A stretch of 64,000 nucleotides of DNA, taken from the NCBI GenBank assembly GCA_958296235.1, contig OY282457.1:1985684-2049683 (forward strand), in the 5' to 3' direction. Positions within the stretch are counted from its first letter, which is position 1; each line of letters starts with the position of its first letter. Origin of the DNA: an uncultured Candidatus Binatia bacterium (GTDB lineage Bacteria; Desulfobacterota; Binatia; Bin18). A program made the position numbers and the translations under genes. Shown here in pieces: positions 8,291-18,243 of the stretch. Below the pieces are notes generated by a model. The model saw only the letters and a list, made by a program, of their open reading frames with translations. It did not search any database and had not been told where the DNA came from.

Positions 8291-8519
8291 CCGGCTCCCC
8301 GTCCCGCCTTGGCGATGGTTCCGCCTCACACCGGTTCTGACGCGACAGCCGCCAAAAAACTCGTAAACTTCTCAGAGTTCCAACTGAATATACAAGTAGG
8401 AAGGGCTGCCCCATGCCGGCCCCTGGCTCCCAAAAAATACCCTGCTCCAAATTTCTTTTGAAAAATCCGTGAACTTTTCTGATCCCATTTAGTATCTACC
8501 TAATGAAAGGAGAGAGTAT

Positions 8520-9617
8520 ATGACTGATTGCACACATATCCACCACAGCCCCACCCTGCGGCGCCTGCTCGGCACCGCGGTAGCATTCCCCGACCCGACG
8601 CACCACCAGAGGTGGAGTAGCGGCGTGCTGCTTGGCCTCGCCGCCGGTAACGTGCTCGGGCTCCGCGGCGAGGGCGCGTGGTACGACGAGATCCCCGCCC
8701 GGTATCCGGGCGGCGTCATTGCGCCCGACCCCCAGGAAAAAGAGCGCCCGATGGACGACGACCTCGCCCAGGCCGTGGAGTTGGCCTTAGCCCTGCTCGC
8801 CAAGGGCGATGTCGTCCGGGCGTTCGCCCGGCACCTGGTACGCTGGCGGCGCAAGAACGGCCGCGGGATGGGCCGCACGACCCGAAGCGTCATCAATCTG
8901 CTGGAAGCCGGCACCTCGCCGTATGAGGCCGCCCGCGTGTGCTACGAGCGGAACCCAATTGCCCCCAACGGTGGCCTCATGCGCTGCGCCCCGGTCGCCG
9001 TCGCCCACCAGCACGCCCCGGAGCGGTTGATCCATGACTCGGCCGCCACCTGTGCCGTCACCCATTACGCCCCCACCTGCCAGTGGTCCTGCATCATCCT
9101 CAATGCCGTCATCGCCCTGCTGCTCCAGGACCCTGACCCGGATGTGCCCGCCGTGCTGGCCGCAGCCACAGCCGACGGCGCCCCGGACCTGCACGCTGCG
9201 GCCGCCGCAGACGGCATTCCAACGGACGTGTTCGCCCGTCTCGCCGCCGGCCTGCCCCCCAGCGCTGACACGTCTTGGTTATGTCGCGACCAGCATCTGA
9301 TTGGCCACACCCTGTTGACGCTACAGGTGGGCTTGTGGGCGGCGGTGACAACGCTGAATTTCGAGGACGCGCTGGTGCAGGTCGTCAGGGCGGGTGGGGA
9401 TACGGACACCAACGCCGCGGTGGCGGGGGCCGTGCTGGGTGCCCGCTACGGGGCGACGGCCATCCCCGACCGCTGGCTGGAGTGTATCCCCGATCTGGAG
9501 CGGATCGACCTGCTGGCCACCCTCTTCGCGACGTTTAACCAGATCATTTGGAGAAAGCGGTTTGAGAGGGTAGTGGCCCTTGACACGGAGGACCAGGCAA
9601 AACCCTCCAGAGGGTAG
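8520..9617 (+). CDS. ADP-ribosylglycohydrolase (ARH/DraG family)
   Basis: Strong RBS aaaggagag. GGDTDTNAAVAGAVLGARYG is the ARH C-terminal metal-site motif. The N-terminal GLAAGNVLG and MDDDL are variants of the GDALG / TDDT motifs. Confidence 0.8.
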   Translation: MTDCTHIHHSPTLRRLLGTAVAFPDPTHHQRWSSGVLLGLAAGNVLGLRGEGAWYDEIPARYPGGVIAPDPQEKERPMDDDLAQAVELALALLAKGDVVRAFARHLVRWRRKNGRGMGRTTRSVINLLEAGTSPYEAARVCYERNPIAPNGGLMRCAPVAVAHQHAPERLIHDSAATCAVTHYAPTCQWSCIILNAVIALLLQDPDPDVPAVLAAATADGAPDLHAAAAADGIPTDVFARLAAGLPPSADTSWLCRDQHLIGHTLLTLQVGLWAAVTTLNFEDALVQVVRAGGDTDTNAAVAGAVLGARYGATAIPDRWLECIPDLERIDLLATLFATFNQIIWRKRFERVVALDTEDQAKPSRG

Positions 9618-9754
9618 CCCGTCGAGCAAGAGGGCCGTGAACGTTTTGACGAGAGAGAAAGGAGCGAGAACGATGGCGACCGTATTAATTGAGCAGGGTG
9701 GCGGTCCAGACGGTCGGCACCTCATGGAGAGCCAAGAATACGAAGGAGGCAGCA

Positions 9755-10282
9755 ATGGATGAGTCCCGATTCCGAGTCAGCTACTACTATAGCGAAAAAG
9801 AAGGAACCATCGCTATCGACCTTGACGACCTCCACAAGATGCTGAACACCGGTCACGGCTACCACAAGATCATCAAATCCCGGCCTTCGCGTTTCTGCGA
9901 TGTCGTCGGCCGCAGCAGGCTCAATGACGACGGAGTGCTCGTATTCGTAATGGAAGCCGGAGCACTTGAGATAGAACCGATGAACTTTGACCCCGTTCCG
10001 CGCCTGGTGGACATAGGAGAAATAGGACGAGAACATCCCGTCCCCATGCCTAATGTCTCCAAGCCGGGAATCGCCACCGAGGAGCACCCCCCCATCCTGC
10101 CCTGTAAATGGGAAACCATCACCACCTCAGATGGGGTCAAGAAGGATGAGGAGACCGTCACCATTGCTCTCGACGACCTCCAACAGATGTTGAACACCGG
10201 CTACGGCTATCACGAGATTGCCAAATCTCGGGCGGCCGGCTCTGTCTCTATCGTCCGCCGCCGGACTGCACCGTCCTGTTGA
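9755..10282 (+). CDS. Hypothetical protein with an internal tandem repeat
   Basis: RBS aggagg then ATG 9755. Two ~30-aa repeats: TIAIDLDDLHKMLNTGHGYHKIIKSR and TVTIALDDLQQMLNTGYGYHEIAKSR. No family recognised. Confidence 0.45.
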   Translation: MDESRFRVSYYYSEKEGTIAIDLDDLHKMLNTGHGYHKIIKSRPSRFCDVVGRSRLNDDGVLVFVMEAGALEIEPMNFDPVPRLVDIGEIGREHPVPMPNVSKPGIATEEHPPILPCKWETITTSDGVKKDEETVTIALDDLQQMLNTGYGYHEIAKSRAAGSVSIVRRRTAPSC

Positions 10283-10382
10283 CGCACAGGACGGACAACC
10301 GATATGGAAGCTCCCTCATGCCCCGGGCCAAGAGGGTTTTCATCATTCCGGGGGAGAGAGCAGGGGAATAAAGGAGTCTACT

Positions 10383-11384
10383 ATGACGTGGTTTGAAGAA
10401 CTGACCGGCTTTTCAGAAGAGTCCCCCGAGCAGGTACGGGCGAATCTCAGCGTGGACGGTCAGGTGTTGCGATCTCATGTCACCGGGAAAACGCTGGTGT
10501 GTGGCGAACTGGAAACGCCGTCCTTGGCCGAGTTGCGCCACCGGGTCCAAGCGAGCGGGTATGAGACTGGAGCCATGACGATCCGCGAGGTCGTTGCCAA
10601 CGTCCAGAAGTTGCACACGAACGCGGCGAATACAGGCGCGTTGTTTCAGGTCGCGTCCCAGTTCAATCTGCTTGAAATGACGGGTCCAGGGGTCACCCCT
10701 GAGGAGGGGGTTGGCATTTATGAGCATGATCTCACTCAGGGACCGGCGTGTGCCATCGCGGCTGGGGCGGGCACGATCTATCGCAACTACTTTGCCCCCG
10801 TGAACGGACAGACCGGGCAATCCGCCACCAACCAAATCGATTGCCTGGCGGATATCGGCGCGGCCCTGGGCAATACCGAGAATCGTCTGTGGGACATGCG
10901 CAACGGGTATGCGTGGCCTTCATATGAGGGGTTAGTCGAGATTGGGGAGTGCCTGCGCGCGGCGAGTAAGCCGGAGCTGGATGAGTTGCGCCAACTGCTC
11001 CGCATCGGTCTTCAGTGGCACACGCAAGTGACGCTCGATGACTGCACCCATACGGTCTCCCAAGCCTGTTGTTCTGCCTTGCCGGTCGGCTATCTGGATC
11101 ATTCTCATGAACTGTGGACCGAGTTCGCCCGGCTCGTTCTGGAGGCGACCTACGAGGCCACGCTCTGCGCGGCTCTCGTGAATGCGCGCCAAACCGGCAA
11201 CAAAACGGTATTTCTGACCCTGGTCGGTGGCGGAGTGTTTGAGAACGACCCCGATTGGATTCTCAGCGGCCTCCAACGCGCTTTGGACCTCTACCAGGAT
11301 GCTGCTCTTGACGTCGCCATTGTTAGCTATGGGTCGTCAAATCCAGATATCCAGCATCTTGTGAGCCACACAGATTACGATTAG
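10383..11384 (+). CDS. Hypothetical protein, possibly a divergent macrodomain / bacterial PARG-like (DUF2263-like) ADP-ribose hydrolase
   Basis: RBS aaggag then ATG 10383. FLTLVGGGVFENDP resembles the GCGVFGNDP motif I recall from bacterial PARG/DUF2263 macrodomains. An upstream NAAN..FQVASQFN..GPG..PEE segment loosely resembles the diphosphate-binding loop. The assignment is tentative. Confidence 0.4.
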   Translation: MTWFEELTGFSEESPEQVRANLSVDGQVLRSHVTGKTLVCGELETPSLAELRHRVQASGYETGAMTIREVVANVQKLHTNAANTGALFQVASQFNLLEMTGPGVTPEEGVGIYEHDLTQGPACAIAAGAGTIYRNYFAPVNGQTGQSATNQIDCLADIGAALGNTENRLWDMRNGYAWPSYEGLVEIGECLRAASKPELDELRQLLRIGLQWHTQVTLDDCTHTVSQACCSALPVGYLDHSHELWTEFARLVLEATYEATLCAALVNARQTGNKTVFLTLVGGGVFENDPDWILSGLQRALDLYQDAALDVAIVSYGSSNPDIQHLVSHTDYD

Positions 11385-11680
11385 CTGCAACATAACGAAC
11401 CGTGATTTACCGGCAGTTGTGACAGATGCAGCAATACCGCTGGCAGCGGGGTCGGGCGGTATCTTATTCAGGAGAGAGCGCCAATAAGTTGTCGGCCAGC
11501 GTTTCGATCCGCTCGCGCTCAGGAATGCAGTCCAGCCAGTCGCGCGGGCCGTTGATAAAGCCGGTCACACTCTCCACGGTGGTCTGCGACCGCTCAATAT
11601 TGAACAAGTGGCTGTGTTGGACAGGATGAGCATCTCGGCGTTCGGAATGCGGCGCGATAAGACCACCGAGTTAATGCACG

Positions 11681-13063
11681 TCACCCCGGAAAAGTCACCT
11701 CAGGCACGGTCCGCATAGCTCGTTCAATCGCCTCAGCCGGATACTCGTAGCGTTCGAGTTTTCCGGCGTGGTAGTCGGCATAGGCGCTCATATCAAAATG
11801 ACCGTGGCCGCTCAGATTAAACGCAATGACTTTCTTTTCGCCGCTTTCCCGGCACTGCACAGCCTCATTCATCGCCGCGCAGATTGCGTGGTTGGACTCG
11901 GGCGCCGGCACTATCCCTTCGGCCCTGGCAAACGCCACACCGGCCTCAAAGGTCGCAAGCTGATCAAACGCGGTGGCCTCAATATGACCGCTGTGCGCCA
12001 GCGCACTCACGTGTGGAGCCATGCCATGATAGCGCAGCCCGCCGGCATGGATGGTCGCCGGCATAAACGAATGACCCAGCGTGTACATCTGACAAATCGG
12101 CGCAACACCGCCAGCGTCGGCCCAATCCCAGGTGAAAGAACCTTTGGTTAAGGTCGGACAGGCGGCCGGCTCAACTGCGATAATACGCGTGTTCTTGCCC
12201 TGCTTGAGTTTCTCTCGGACGAACGGAAAGGCAAAACCGGCAAAATTCGATCCGCCCCCGGCGCAGCCGATGACAATGTCCGGGTACTCGCCGGCCATCT
12301 CCATTTGGCGTAATGCCTCTTCACCAATAATGGTTTGATGCAGCAACACATGCGGGAGAAAAGAGCCCAGACTGTACTTTTTCGTCCCGCCGGACTGTTG
12401 GGCGGCTTCAATCCCTTCTGAGACGGCCAGCCCCAATGAGCCGGGATGGTCCGGGTCTTCAGCCAGAAACCGCCGTCCCACTTCGGTTCGGTCGGACGGA
12501 CTGGCAAACACCTCAGCGCCATAGGTCGCAATCACGTGGCGACGATAGGGCTTTTGCTGAAACGAGATACGGACCATATACACTTCGCAGCCCAGCCCGA
12601 ACATATTGCATGCCATAGCCAGGGCCGTGCCCCACTGGCCCGCGCCCGTTTCTGTCGTCAGCGTCTTGATACCTTCTTGCTTGGCATAAAACGCCTGGGC
12701 CACAGCCGTGTTCGGCTTATGTGAACCAACCGGACTGACACCTTCATATTTGTAATAGATGTGGGCTGGGGTCTGGAGCGCCCGCTCCAGCCGGCGGGCC
12801 CGAAAAAAGGGGGTTGGTCGCCAGAGTGTATAGATATCGCGGACCGGCTCCGGGATTTCAATATAGCGCTCTTGGCTGACATCCTGAGCGAGGAGGGCTG
12901 TTGGCGTAAAGGAAGCCAGGTACTCGGGTGTGACCGGCTGTTTGGTTTCCGGGTGGAGCGGCGGCATCAGGGGTGCGGGCATGTCGGCATTGATGTTATA
13001 CCACGCCGTGGGCATCTGGTGTTCTTCAAGCAGATATTTGGTCTGGTCACTCATGCGGGTCAT
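11681..13063 (-). CDS. trpB2: TrpB2-type tryptophan synthase beta-like PLP enzyme
   Basis: The 460-aa N-terminus [20 protein letters not shown] and the PLP lysine context are TrpB2-specific; the protein is full length. Confidence 0.85.
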   Translation of the reverse strand: MTRMSDQTKYLLEEHQMPTAWYNINADMPAPLMPPLHPETKQPVTPEYLASFTPTALLAQDVSQERYIEIPEPVRDIYTLWRPTPFFRARRLERALQTPAHIYYKYEGVSPVGSHKPNTAVAQAFYAKQEGIKTLTTETGAGQWGTALAMACNMFGLGCEVYMVRISFQQKPYRRHVIATYGAEVFASPSDRTEVGRRFLAEDPDHPGSLGLAVSEGIEAAQQSGGTKKYSLGSFLPHVLLHQTIIGEEALRQMEMAGEYPDIVIGCAGGGSNFAGFAFPFVREKLKQGKNTRIIAVEPAACPTLTKGSFTWDWADAGGVAPICQMYTLGHSFMPATIHAGGLRYHGMAPHVSALAHSGHIEATAFDQLATFEAGVAFARAEGIVPAPESNHAICAAMNEAVQCRESGEKKVIAFNLSGHGHFDMSAYADYHAGKLERYEYPAEAIERAMRTVPEVTFPG

Positions 13064-13089
13064 CCTTGGAACGGGTCAGCGTCCGCTCG

Positions 13090-14943
13090 CTACGCCTGTG
13101 TCACGTCGCGGACCGCTCCACGGGCCGCGCTGGTTGTCAGCGCCGCATAGGCTTGCAGGGCGGCTGACACCGGGCGTTTACGTCCGAGCGGCTTGTAGGC
13201 GTCCTTGCCTTTGGTCTCCATCTTTTTGCGCCGTTCGGCCAGCTCTTCTTCCGAGAGCAGGACGTTGATCGAGCGCTGCGGGATATCGATACGGATGATG
13301 TCGCCCTCTTCGACCAGGGCAATAACGCCGCCTTCCGCGGCTTCGGGCGACACATGCCCGATCGACAGGCCGCTGGTGCCGCCGCTGAAACGACCATCAG
13401 TCACCAGCGCGCATTGGGCGCCCAGATGTTTGGACTTGATATAGGAAGTCGGGTAGAGCATCTCCTGCATCCCTGGTCCCCCGCGTGGGCCTTCATAGCG
13501 AATGACCACCACATCGCCGGGCCGGAGCTGATCGCCGAGGATGCCCTCGCAGGCCGCGTCTTGCGATTCGAATATACGTGCCGGACCCTCCATGACCCAG
13601 ATGGATTCGTCCACGCCGGCGGTTTTGACAATACAGCCGTCCTCGGCCAGATTGCCGTACAGGACGGCCAGACCACCATCCTGGCTGTAGGCAAACTCGG
13701 TCGAACGAATGCAGCCCTTGATCGCGTCCTTGTCCGGGGTGTCATAATACGGATTGTGTGCAAAGGCTTCTTTGGTGCGGATATTACACGGCGCCGCCAG
13801 GCTGCGTTTGCGGGCAAACTCGTCCGGCTGCTCGCGTCTGATGTCGTTCGCTTCGAGCATTTCGCCCAGTGTCAGGCCCGTCACCGTCTTGACGTTGGTA
13901 TGCAGTTTCCCGGCGCGCTCCAGTTCACCCAGAATCGTGGCGATGCCGCCAGCGCGGGCGCAGTCTTCAATATGGTAGATGGCCGAGGCTGGGGCGAGTT
14001 TGCATATACAGGGCACGCTGCGCGACAGCCGGTCGATATCAGCCATCGTGAAATCGACTTCCGCCTCTTGGGCCGCGGCTAACAAGTGGAGAACCGTGTT
14101 GGTCGATCCACCCATAGCGATATCCAGGGTGATCGCATTTTCAAAGGCTTCAAACGTGGCAATGCTGCGTGGCAATACCGAGTCGTCGCCTTCGACATAA
14201 TAGGCGTTGGCCATCTCGACAATGCGTTTGGCGGCCCGCTGAAAGAGTTCCCAGCGCAGGGCGTGCGTAGCCAGGATGGTGCCATTGCCCGGCAACGCCA
14301 GGCCGATGGCCTCGTTCAGGCAGTTCATGCTGTTGGCGGTAAACATGCCGGAGCACGAGCCGCAGGTCGGGCAGGCCGCCTCTTCCATCTTCTCGACATC
14401 TTCATCGCTGAGCGAGTCGTCACCGGCCCCGATCATGGCGTTGACCAGATCGAGCTTGGCCAGGCCGGTAGACAGCTCGGTCTTACCGGCCTCCATCGGA
14501 CCGCCGGAGACAAAAACGGCCGGAATGTTCAGCCGCATGGCCGCCAGCAACATACCTGGGGTGATCTTGTCGCAGTTAGAGATGCAAATCATCGCATCGG
14601 CTTTATGCGCCTGAACCATGTACTCGACACTATCGGCAATCAACTCGCGGCTGGGCAGAGAATACAGCATCCCGTCGTGGCCCATGGCAATGCCGTCATC
14701 CACCGCGATCGTATTGAACTCGACGCCGTAGCCGCCGTTGGCATCCACCACCTGTTTGACCCGCTGTCCGATCTCGTGCAGATGGACATGACCGGGCACG
14801 AACTGGGTAAACGAATTGGCAATGGCAATAATCGGTTTTTGGAAATCTTCCTTTTTCATACCGGTCGCCCGCCACAGGGCGCGCGCACCGGCCATACGCC
14901 GTCCTTGGGTGGTGATGCTGCTCCGAAATCCGCGCTGTTGCAT
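13090..14943 (-). CDS. ilvD: Dihydroxy-acid dehydratase
   Basis: 617 aa with the CDKITPGM [Fe-S] motif and IlvD/EDD signatures along the full length. Confidence 0.9.
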   Translation of the reverse strand: MQQRGFRSSITTQGRRMAGARALWRATGMKKEDFQKPIIAIANSFTQFVPGHVHLHEIGQRVKQVVDANGGYGVEFNTIAVDDGIAMGHDGMLYSLPSRELIADSVEYMVQAHKADAMICISNCDKITPGMLLAAMRLNIPAVFVSGGPMEAGKTELSTGLAKLDLVNAMIGAGDDSLSDEDVEKMEEAACPTCGSCSGMFTANSMNCLNEAIGLALPGNGTILATHALRWELFQRAAKRIVEMANAYYVEGDDSVLPRSIATFEAFENAITLDIAMGGSTNTVLHLLAAAQEAEVDFTMADIDRLSRSVPCICKLAPASAIYHIEDCARAGGIATILGELERAGKLHTNVKTVTGLTLGEMLEANDIRREQPDEFARKRSLAAPCNIRTKEAFAHNPYYDTPDKDAIKGCIRSTEFAYSQDGGLAVLYGNLAEDGCIVKTAGVDESIWVMEGPARIFESQDAACEGILGDQLRPGDVVVIRYEGPRGGPGMQEMLYPTSYIKSKHLGAQCALVTDGRFSGGTSGLSIGHVSPEAAEGGVIALVEEGDIIRIDIPQRSINVLLSEEELAERRKKMETKGKDAYKPLGRKRPVSAALQAYAALTTSAARGAVRDVTQA

Positions 14944-15160
14944 AATGCTGTACCCTCCTCATGATGAGTAAACGTGCCAACATTTGCCTGTCTGTTGGAG
15001 GGCGCGTTTACTCATTTGCAGTAAGCTCGAAAACATAGCATCTTTTTTTCCGGCAGTCGTTAGGCTGATGATCTTTTATATTTATCCTGGCCGTGCCAAG
15101 AGTGGTCAGGAATGTAGTGAAGGCTGCTGGAAGATGGTAGACAAACAAAAGAGGTGATTT

Positions 15161-15367
15161 ATGGTCAACCTGGAACCCCTGACGCTGGCGGAACTCATTA
15201 ACTCACTCATAGGGATAGCTGGCTTGTCTCTGGTGGCGTGGGGCATTAATGAGATGCGCAACAGCAACATTGACCGAAAGGCAAACGCTGAAGTCCTGCA
15301 GGGCGTAGCCCGGACGCTGAATGCGCATACCGCTGCTTTGGAGCGTTTGCTGGGGAAGCGCGAATAA
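15161..15367 (+). CDS. Small hypothetical protein (68 aa), one predicted TM segment
   Basis: Good RBS aaagaggtg 6 nt before the ATG. No homolog recognised. Confidence 0.3.
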   Translation: MVNLEPLTLAELINSLIGIAGLSLVAWGINEMRNSNIDRKANAEVLQGVARTLNAHTAALERLLGKRE

Positions 15368-15433
15368 AGAAGCCTGTCTGCGCCCCGCGTCCAGCAGCGT
15401 GAGCGGAGATGTAAGAAGGAGGAATACAGCATC

Positions 15434-16195
15434 ATGGCAGGGCAAGTAGACGGAAAAATTGCATTGGTGACTGGCGGCGGGTCGGGCATTGGCCGGTCTG
15501 CGTCATTAGCGTTAGCCCGCGAAGGCGCATCGGTCGTTGTTTCCGATGTGGTTGTTGAAGGTGGAGAGCAGACGGTCAATTTCATCAAATCCGCCGGGGG
15601 CGAGGCCGTGTTTGCGCAAACCGACGTGGCCCAGGCTGCGGAAGTCGAGGCATTAGTCAAGCAAACGGTGGAGACGTATGGGCGGCTTGACTGCGCCTTC
15701 AACAACGCTGGAATTGCCGGCGCGGCGGCGCGAACCGCTGACTACACCGAGAAACACTGGGAGCGGGTGATTGCGATTAACCTGACCGGGGTATGGCTGT
15801 GCATGAAGTATGAGCTCCAGCATATGCTGACGCAGGGCAGCGGCGCGATTGTCAATACCGCCTCAGTTGCCGGTCTGGTCGGTTTTCGGAGTGGACCGGC
15901 CTACGTGGCGGCAAAGCACGGAGTGGTCGGACTGACTAAGACCGCGGCCTTGGAATACGCCAAATCCGGCATTCGAGTGAACGCTGTCTGTCCGGGGGTC
16001 ATCCGCACCCCGATGTTCGAACGCGGCCTGGAGATAGACCCGCGCATAGAAGACGGCATGACCGCCAAAGAGCCGATTGGTCGCTTGGGAAAACCTGAGG
16101 AGATTGCCGAAGCCGTGGTCTGGCTCTGCTCCGACGCGGCGTCGTTTGTGACTGGCCATCCGATGGTTGTTGATGGTGGTTGGGTTGCCCAGTAG
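15434..16195 (+). CDS. SDR-family oxidoreductase
   Basis: TGGGSGIG Rossmann motif, NNAG, and YVAAK catalytic Y-x3-K. Confidence 0.85.
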   Translation: MAGQVDGKIALVTGGGSGIGRSASLALAREGASVVVSDVVVEGGEQTVNFIKSAGGEAVFAQTDVAQAAEVEALVKQTVETYGRLDCAFNNAGIAGAAARTADYTEKHWERVIAINLTGVWLCMKYELQHMLTQGSGAIVNTASVAGLVGFRSGPAYVAAKHGVVGLTKTAALEYAKSGIRVNAVCPGVIRTPMFERGLEIDPRIEDGMTAKEPIGRLGKPEEIAEAVVWLCSDAASFVTGHPMVVDGGWVAQ

Positions 16196-16387
16196 GACCA
16201 TATTCTTCCCAGCGACCCGTACGCTGTCCCGCTCTCTGCCAGGGAGCGGGACAAGAGCGGACAGCACGCAACCTGCCTACGTCTTTTGCCCAAACGCGCT
16301 CACCGTCTCCGAGCGAGAGCCGGTCTCTTCAACATGCAGGCTGACGCCATTTATTGGGATGCGTGTCATGCGCAATCCTTCCGAGCG

Positions 16388-17458
16388 CTATTTCTTTGGC
16401 CGACCCACTCGCGGGATGCCGGCCATCGTTTCGTTTGCCAGTTCCGTGCGGACGAGCCGGACGCCGTCTGCCAAGGCTTTCATTTTTCCGCGCGCGGCGG
16501 TCCGAGAGCGGGGGATCATGCCACAGTCCGTACACGGGTAGAGTTTGTCCGGCGCGACATAGGGCAGCGCGGCTCGAATGCGTTCCGCAACGGTTGCAGG
16601 TGTCTCAACGTCCTCTGTCCCCACATCAATAACGCCAACCATGAGGTCTTTGCCTCGGGCCAGTTCGAGGACGGACGGATCAACGCCCGAGGCCGCGCAT
16701 TCGACTGAGATCATATCGAGCGTACTGGTACGCAGAAGGGGCAGCGTGCGGTGATAATGGCGCCAGTCCGTATTCGTTGTCTTCCAGGCCAGGACCTGCG
16801 GAACGCCATAGCCGTAGCAGATATGGACCGCGGTCTTTGCCCGGACTCCCTCGGCCGCGGCTTCCAGCGTGGCGATACCCCACTCCTCAACCGCATCGAG
16901 ATAGATATTAAAGCACGGCTCATCAAACTGAATAATGTCACAGCCGTTTTCGGCCAGCTCGCGCGCCTCATCATTGAGGACCCTAGCCAAATCCAAGGCG
17001 AGACGCCGCGGCTCCCCGTAGTGCTCATCCGCCAGGGTGTCTGCGGTTGTCATCGGACCCGGAAGGGTGACTTTCACCGGCAGAGTCGTGTGTCGTTTGA
17101 GGAAGCGGAGCGCGTCCAGAAAAATGGCGCGAGGTCGTCGGACCGGTCCCGTTACCCGCGCGACATCTATCCGTGTCTTATACCGACCGCCGCGCGTTTC
17201 CTTTTTGACCATACGGTTGAAATCAATCCCGGTCAGTCCCTCGGTAAATCCCCAGATATAGTGCCGCCGTCGCTGTTCGCCGTCGGTTACAATATCCATG
17301 CCGGCGGCGTGCTGATCGACCACGGCCAGACGCACGGCATCGTCCTGGCCTTCGCGCAAGGCGTCAGCCTCAAGCCGCAGGGAGACAGACGAGATGTGGT
17401 TCTGCGGGGCGAGCCACGTCGGGCGCGGCAGACTGCCGGTAATCATTGTTTTCAGCAT
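16388..17458 (-). CDS. Cobalamin-independent methionine synthase (MetE C-terminal domain)-like methyltransferase
   Basis: IIQFDEPCF and PCTDCGM match the MetE zinc-ligand regions (IQIDEPA.. / ..DCGLKTR). The ~350-aa single-domain form is known. Confidence 0.7.
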   Translation of the reverse strand: MLKTMITGSLPRPTWLAPQNHISSVSLRLEADALREGQDDAVRLAVVDQHAAGMDIVTDGEQRRRHYIWGFTEGLTGIDFNRMVKKETRGGRYKTRIDVARVTGPVRRPRAIFLDALRFLKRHTTLPVKVTLPGPMTTADTLADEHYGEPRRLALDLARVLNDEARELAENGCDIIQFDEPCFNIYLDAVEEWGIATLEAAAEGVRAKTAVHICYGYGVPQVLAWKTTNTDWRHYHRTLPLLRTSTLDMISVECAASGVDPSVLELARGKDLMVGVIDVGTEDVETPATVAERIRAALPYVAPDKLYPCTDCGMIPRSRTAARGKMKALADGVRLVRTELANETMAGIPRVGRPKK

Positions 17459-17572
17459 GATATTCCCCTTTTGTGAAGACCTGGGGTTTGGGGATGTGAC
17501 GGAAACAACTAGGATTTTTCGGGATCTTCTTTTGTGTGGTTTTGGCGAGTCCGTACGCCGTTAGACATACCT

Positions 17573-17845
17573 TTATGAAAAGATGTCTGAGTGGGTTCCA
17601 GTCCGCAAGAACTTTATTTGCTCAGGGTCTTCGTCGTTCCAGATAAGAAGCCAATCTGATTCGATATGACATTCCCATGACGAAACCCATTTTCCCTTCA
17701 ACGGGTGTGGCTTATAGCTTTGGTCAAGCTGCTCTCCACGCAGGAGCGTGGACATGACTGTTTGGAGCTTGGTAACATCCTTTCTTCGTTGCTGCGCTTT
17801 TTTGAAATCCCTTTTGAACTGTGTTGTTTGATACGCTTTAATCAT
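17573..17845 (-). CDS. yafQ: Type II toxin, YafQ/RelE-family mRNA interferase
   Basis: ..HPLKGKWVSSWECHIESDWLLIW..RTGTHSDIF matches YafQ. It lies in an AT-richer pocket and overlaps the upstream antitoxin ORF by 8 nt. Confidence 0.8.
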   Translation of the reverse strand: MIKAYQTTQFKRDFKKAQQRRKDVTKLQTVMSTLLRGEQLDQSYKPHPLKGKWVSSWECHIESDWLLIWNDEDPEQIKFLRTGTHSDIFS

Positions 17846-18062
17846 CAGCGTTCAAATCAGCCCACAGGTCTTCAAAACTATGAAAGGGACCGACCAATCC
17901 CTCTCCCGTTCGCGCTTGGTGAATGGCCTCAAGACTTTCTGCATTAGGGACCTTTGACTGAGTGGTCCGCCCTCCTTTCCTTCTTTGAACTTGCCCATGT
18001 GCCCGTCCCTTCAACAGACTCATCGCATACCGATTTTCCGCGCCGTCCGGTTTGTCAGCCAT
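17838..18062 (-). CDS. dinJ: DinJ/RelB-type antitoxin paired with yafQ
   Basis: 74-aa acidic C-terminus in the upstream overlapping position, typical of antitoxins. The RHH N-terminus is weakly recognisable. Confidence 0.55.
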   Translation of the reverse strand: MADKPDGAENRYAMSLLKGRAHGQVQRRKGGRTTQSKVPNAESLEAIHQARTGEGLVGPFHSFEDLWADLNADD

Positions 18063-18243
18063 GCGCGTCCTCCTCTGGTTATTATTTGCAGAAAATATAA
18101 AACAACATAAAACACGTAACGGCTTGGATTATAAGCGTCAAGCCTCTTCGGTACTGTCCTGAACTTAAAACGGCCTAATTAGGGCAGTACCGACGTGTCC
18201 CTGGTTCCCGCGGAACGGTTTTGGTACAGTTCAGCGCAACGCT

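Noticed and set aside
8000-8450. ORFs 8000..8200(+) and 8163..8450(-) as intact genes
   Set aside because: 8163..8450 only has protein-like sequence in its last ~37 codons (the trpB2 tail duplicate). The rest is not coding-like.
10218-10382. N-terminal extension of the 10218..11384 ORF
   Set aside because: The internal ATG at 10383 has a good RBS (aaggag). The extension overlaps the preceding gene and lacks an RBS.
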